NCBI RefSeq assembly: GCF_055900595.2
Contig: NZ_CM148325.1
DNA: 64,000 nt
Direction: 5' to 3' (one strand)
Shown here: positions 61,567 through 64,000 of the stretch, piece after piece
Numbering within the stretch: position 1 is the first letter of the stretch
Layout: every line of letters starts with the position of its first letter
The notes under the pieces: generated by a model
Databases searched by the model: none
The model's input: only the letters and a program-made list of their open reading frames with translations
What the model was told of the DNA's origin: nothing
Program-made: the position numbers and the translations under genes

Positions 61567-62238
61567 ATGCAGTACCCGATTAACGAGATGTTCCAGACCC
61601 TGCAAGGTGAGGGTTACTTTACCGGCGTCCCCGCCATTTTTATTCGTTTACAGGGATGCCCGGTCGGCTGTGCCTGGTGCGACACCAAACACACCTGGGA
61701 AAAGCTTGAGGATCGGGAAGTCTCCCTTTTCAGCATTCTGGCGAAGACCAAAGAGAGTGATAAGTGGGGGGCGGCGAGCAGTGAAGATTTGCTGGCTGTC
61801 ATTGGTCGTCAGGGATACACCGCGCGGCATGTGGTGATTACGGGTGGTGAGCCTTGCATTCATGATTTGCTGCCACTGACTGACCTGCTCGAAAAGAACG
61901 GTTTTAGCTGCCAGATCGAAACCAGCGGTACTCATGAAGTACGCTGCACGCCGAATACCTGGGTTACCGTATCGCCAAAGCTGAACATGCGCGGCGGCTA
62001 TGAAGTGTTGTCACAGGCACTGGAACGAGCCAACGAAATCAAGCATCCAGTGGGACGCGTACGTGATATTGAAGCACTGGATGAACTACTGGCAACGCTG
62101 ACCGATGATAAACCACGAGTCATTGCACTGCAGCCAATTAGCCAGAAGGACGATGCCACACGTTTGTGCATTGAAACCTGTATTGCGCGTAACTGGCGTT
62201 TATCGATGCAAACACATAAATATTTAAATATTGCCTGA
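61567..62238 (+). CDS. queE: 7-carboxy-7-deazaguanine synthase (radical SAM)
   Basis: MQYPINEMFQTLQGEGYFTGVPAIFIRLQGCPVGCAWCDTKHTW; 223 aa. Confidence 0.9.
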   Translation: MQYPINEMFQTLQGEGYFTGVPAIFIRLQGCPVGCAWCDTKHTWEKLEDREVSLFSILAKTKESDKWGAASSEDLLAVIGRQGYTARHVVITGGEPCIHDLLPLTDLLEKNGFSCQIETSGTHEVRCTPNTWVTVSPKLNMRGGYEVLSQALERANEIKHPVGRVRDIEALDELLATLTDDKPRVIALQPISQKDDATRLCIETCIARNWRLSMQTHKYLNIA

Positions 62239-62399
62239 TTAAACATTTATAAGCGTTATAAATGGGTGGAACCTGTAAAGACTTCCACTCATTTATATTC
62301 TTTGTCGCCTCTGAAAAAACTCCATTTTGCCCATCCTGGACTAATCATTATCATTCTCTACAAATTCTCTGGCGTTAATTTTTCGTTGGAGTGAAAATT

Positions 62400-62576
62400 A
62401 TTGCGGTAAAGTTTGGTAGATTTTAGTGGGTATAGAGTTATTTTAAATATTTACTTTTTTAATCAATGGATTAAGTGTTCTTTAACATAATGGATGTGTT
62501 GTTTGTGTGATCCTGTAAAGTTGGTAGATTGTGACTGGCTTAAAAAATCATTAATTAATAATAGGTTATGTTTAGA
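62400..62576 (+). promoter_or_regulatory. CRISPR leader (AT-rich) for the type I-E array
   Basis: AT-rich sequence ending ...tggtagattgtgactggcttaaaaaatcattaattaataataggttatgtttaga directly 5' of the first repeat; partial internal duplication of cctgtaaagtt(t)ggtagatt. Confidence 0.55.
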
Positions 62577-63154
62577 GAGTTCCCCACGTCAGCGGGGATA
62601 AACCTTGCTCGATGCGGGCGTTAACTTTTTTATAGGCGAGTTCCCCGCGCCAGCGGGGATAAACCGCGTAATTTTGTACGCTCAACACGTAACTAAATGA
62701 GTTCCCCGCGCCAGCGGGGATAAACCGATCACCAGTGCGGATTGTTCAAATAGTGCCTGGAGTTCCCCGCGCCAGCGGGGATAAACCGAGAGCTATATCG
62801 CAGCGTTTAACTGGATGACAGAGTTCCCCGCGCCAGCGGGGATAAACCGGTGTTTTTTGCCATCTGAACTGTGGCACGCCGGAGTTCCCCGCGCCAGCGG
62901 GGATAAACCGTCTATAATGTCTCATCCGGGGTTAATTCAATCGAGTTCCCCGCGCCAGCGGGGATAAACCGATCAGCCCCACATCCGGTTTTGCCAGCAA
63001 CGTGAGTTCCCCGCGCCAGCGGGGATAAACCGTAAGATGATCTCACGGAATTGAACGAACTACGGAGTTCCCCGCGCTAGCGGGGATAAACCGGACACAG
63101 AGCGCCGCTATAGCGCCTATGCCAAGAGTTCCCCGCACCAGCGGGAATAAACCA
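62577..63154 (+). CRISPR. Type I-E CRISPR array, 10 repeats and 9 spacers of 32 nt (61 bp period)
   Basis: Repeat GAGTTCCCCGCGCCAGCGGGGATAAACCG at 62638, 62699, 62760, 62821, 62882, 62943, 63004; degenerate copies at 62577, 63065 and 63126. Confidence 0.9.
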
Positions 63155-63608
63155 CCATATAACCCGTTATCTCTTTCTCAAGTTTTTATATTAGCAGTAC
63201 TCGTATTAAGCAACATATCCACGTAACACCTCATGTTCAAAATAGCTCTCCATATATGAGAAGTTCACAATTATCGATACAAAAAATCAAATTTAATTAA
63301 AGTGTTAGTTGTATAATACTTAAATCATTAAGAAATTATCATATATTATTTTTTTAATATTGAATTGATGTTTGTTAATTTTTTCTTTAGGATAATAGTT
63401 TGTTTTTTAAGCTTATTATTCATTGATTAAGTAATAAATCTGGAAATTTGTCTTTGTTTTGAGGCTAATGAGTGATTTTACATAATCGCCTCTATAGGCT
63501 GTTGATGAATAGTTCTTATGAATAAAGATATCCAGTTCATACTTTAAGTGAAAATTGATAAAGTGCGATTCGTATTGTCTTTTATTCTAATGACATCGAG
63601 TGTAGTTA

Positions 63609-63746
63609 ATATTCCTTGTAAAAACAGGGATAAACCGAACTAGTTAAAGTTTTTATTATGTTCCCTGCATCAGCGGGGATAAACCGGACTTGTTATCATT
63701 TTTTAAGTTGTCGAACTTATGTTCCCCGCGCCAGCGGGGATAACCA
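63609..63746 (+). CRISPR. Second, degenerate mini-array (3 repeat-like units) preceded by its own AT-rich leader
   Basis: ...cagggataaaccg / atgttccctgcatcagcggggataaaccg / 32 nt spacer / atgttccccgcgccagcggggataacc; AT-rich 63160-63600 upstream. Confidence 0.6.
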
Positions 63747-63792
63747 TTCAGGTATGTTCAGGCCGGGCAGTTTCCCGCCCGGCCTTCCTCAC

Positions 63793-64000
63793 TTACGCAT
63801 TCGACCAGCTCTGGATCGAATCTTCATTCCCCAGCTCACCATGCATCACTTCATACGATTTTTTCAGGATCACATCAGTGTGCTTGGTTAGGTCTTTGAA
63901 AATGCCTTTATTCATCGCGTCGTAGCGTTTGGCGTTGCTCTCAACAGGCATAAAGATATCTTTCACGCGAACCATTTTGTCGACAGCCGTTGCGTAATCC
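63793..64000 (-). CDS. ygcE: C-terminal end of a gene running off the window edge (probably FGGY-type sugar kinase YgcE)
   Basis: Open minus-strand frame from the window end to the stop at 63793; hairpin ggccgggcagtttcccgcccggcc downstream; identity inferred from synteny only. Confidence 0.45.
   Translation of the reverse strand, partial: DYATAVDKMVRVKDIFMPVESNAKRYDAMNKGIFKDLTKHTDVILKKSYEVMHGELGNEDSIQSWSNA

Noticed and set aside
61562-61837. 91 aa ORF overlapping the queE start in another frame
   Set aside because: Alternative frame of a conserved gene; Arg/Pro-rich translation typical of an off-frame reading.
62239-64000. cas genes associated with the CRISPR arrays
   Set aside because: No cas-like ORFs are present between queE and the window end; if present they lie elsewhere in the genome.

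Overview
The window reads as an Escherichia coli chromosomal segment with the gene order ptrA(3' part)-recB-recD-argA-amiC-[island]-tRNA-fMet x3-mltA-tcdA-csdE-csdA-ygdI-gcvB-gcvA-ygdD-rlmM-fucRUKIP/fucAO-xni-sdaBC-ppnN-queF-syd-csrB-[IS200]-yqcC-truC-yqcA-gudPXD-barA-rlmD-relA-mazEFG-pyrG-eno-[lemA/TPM operon]-[IS10]-queE-CRISPR-ygcE(3' end). Gene names come from reading the supplied translations against remembered E. coli proteins; no database search was run. Four segments look strain-specific against my recollection of the K-12 layout: (1) a roughly 5.5 kb AT-rich five-gene operon (BglG-type antiterminator, PTS EIICB, MalY-like PLP enzyme, KdsD-like SIS protein, D-2-hydroxyacid dehydrogenase) between amiC and the tRNA-fMet triplet; (2) an IS200-type element directly after the csrB terminator; (3) a tightly coupled four-gene lemA/TPM operon beside eno with three TPM-domain paralogs sharing near-identical Gly/Ser tails; (4) a complete 1329 bp IS10 with a perfect 9 bp target duplication between lemA and queE. 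Two type I-E CRISPR arrays follow queE with no cas genes in the window. The most plausible candidate for an uncharacterised system is the lemA/TPM operon, followed by the amiC-proximal PTS island; neither can be assigned a function from sequence alone.
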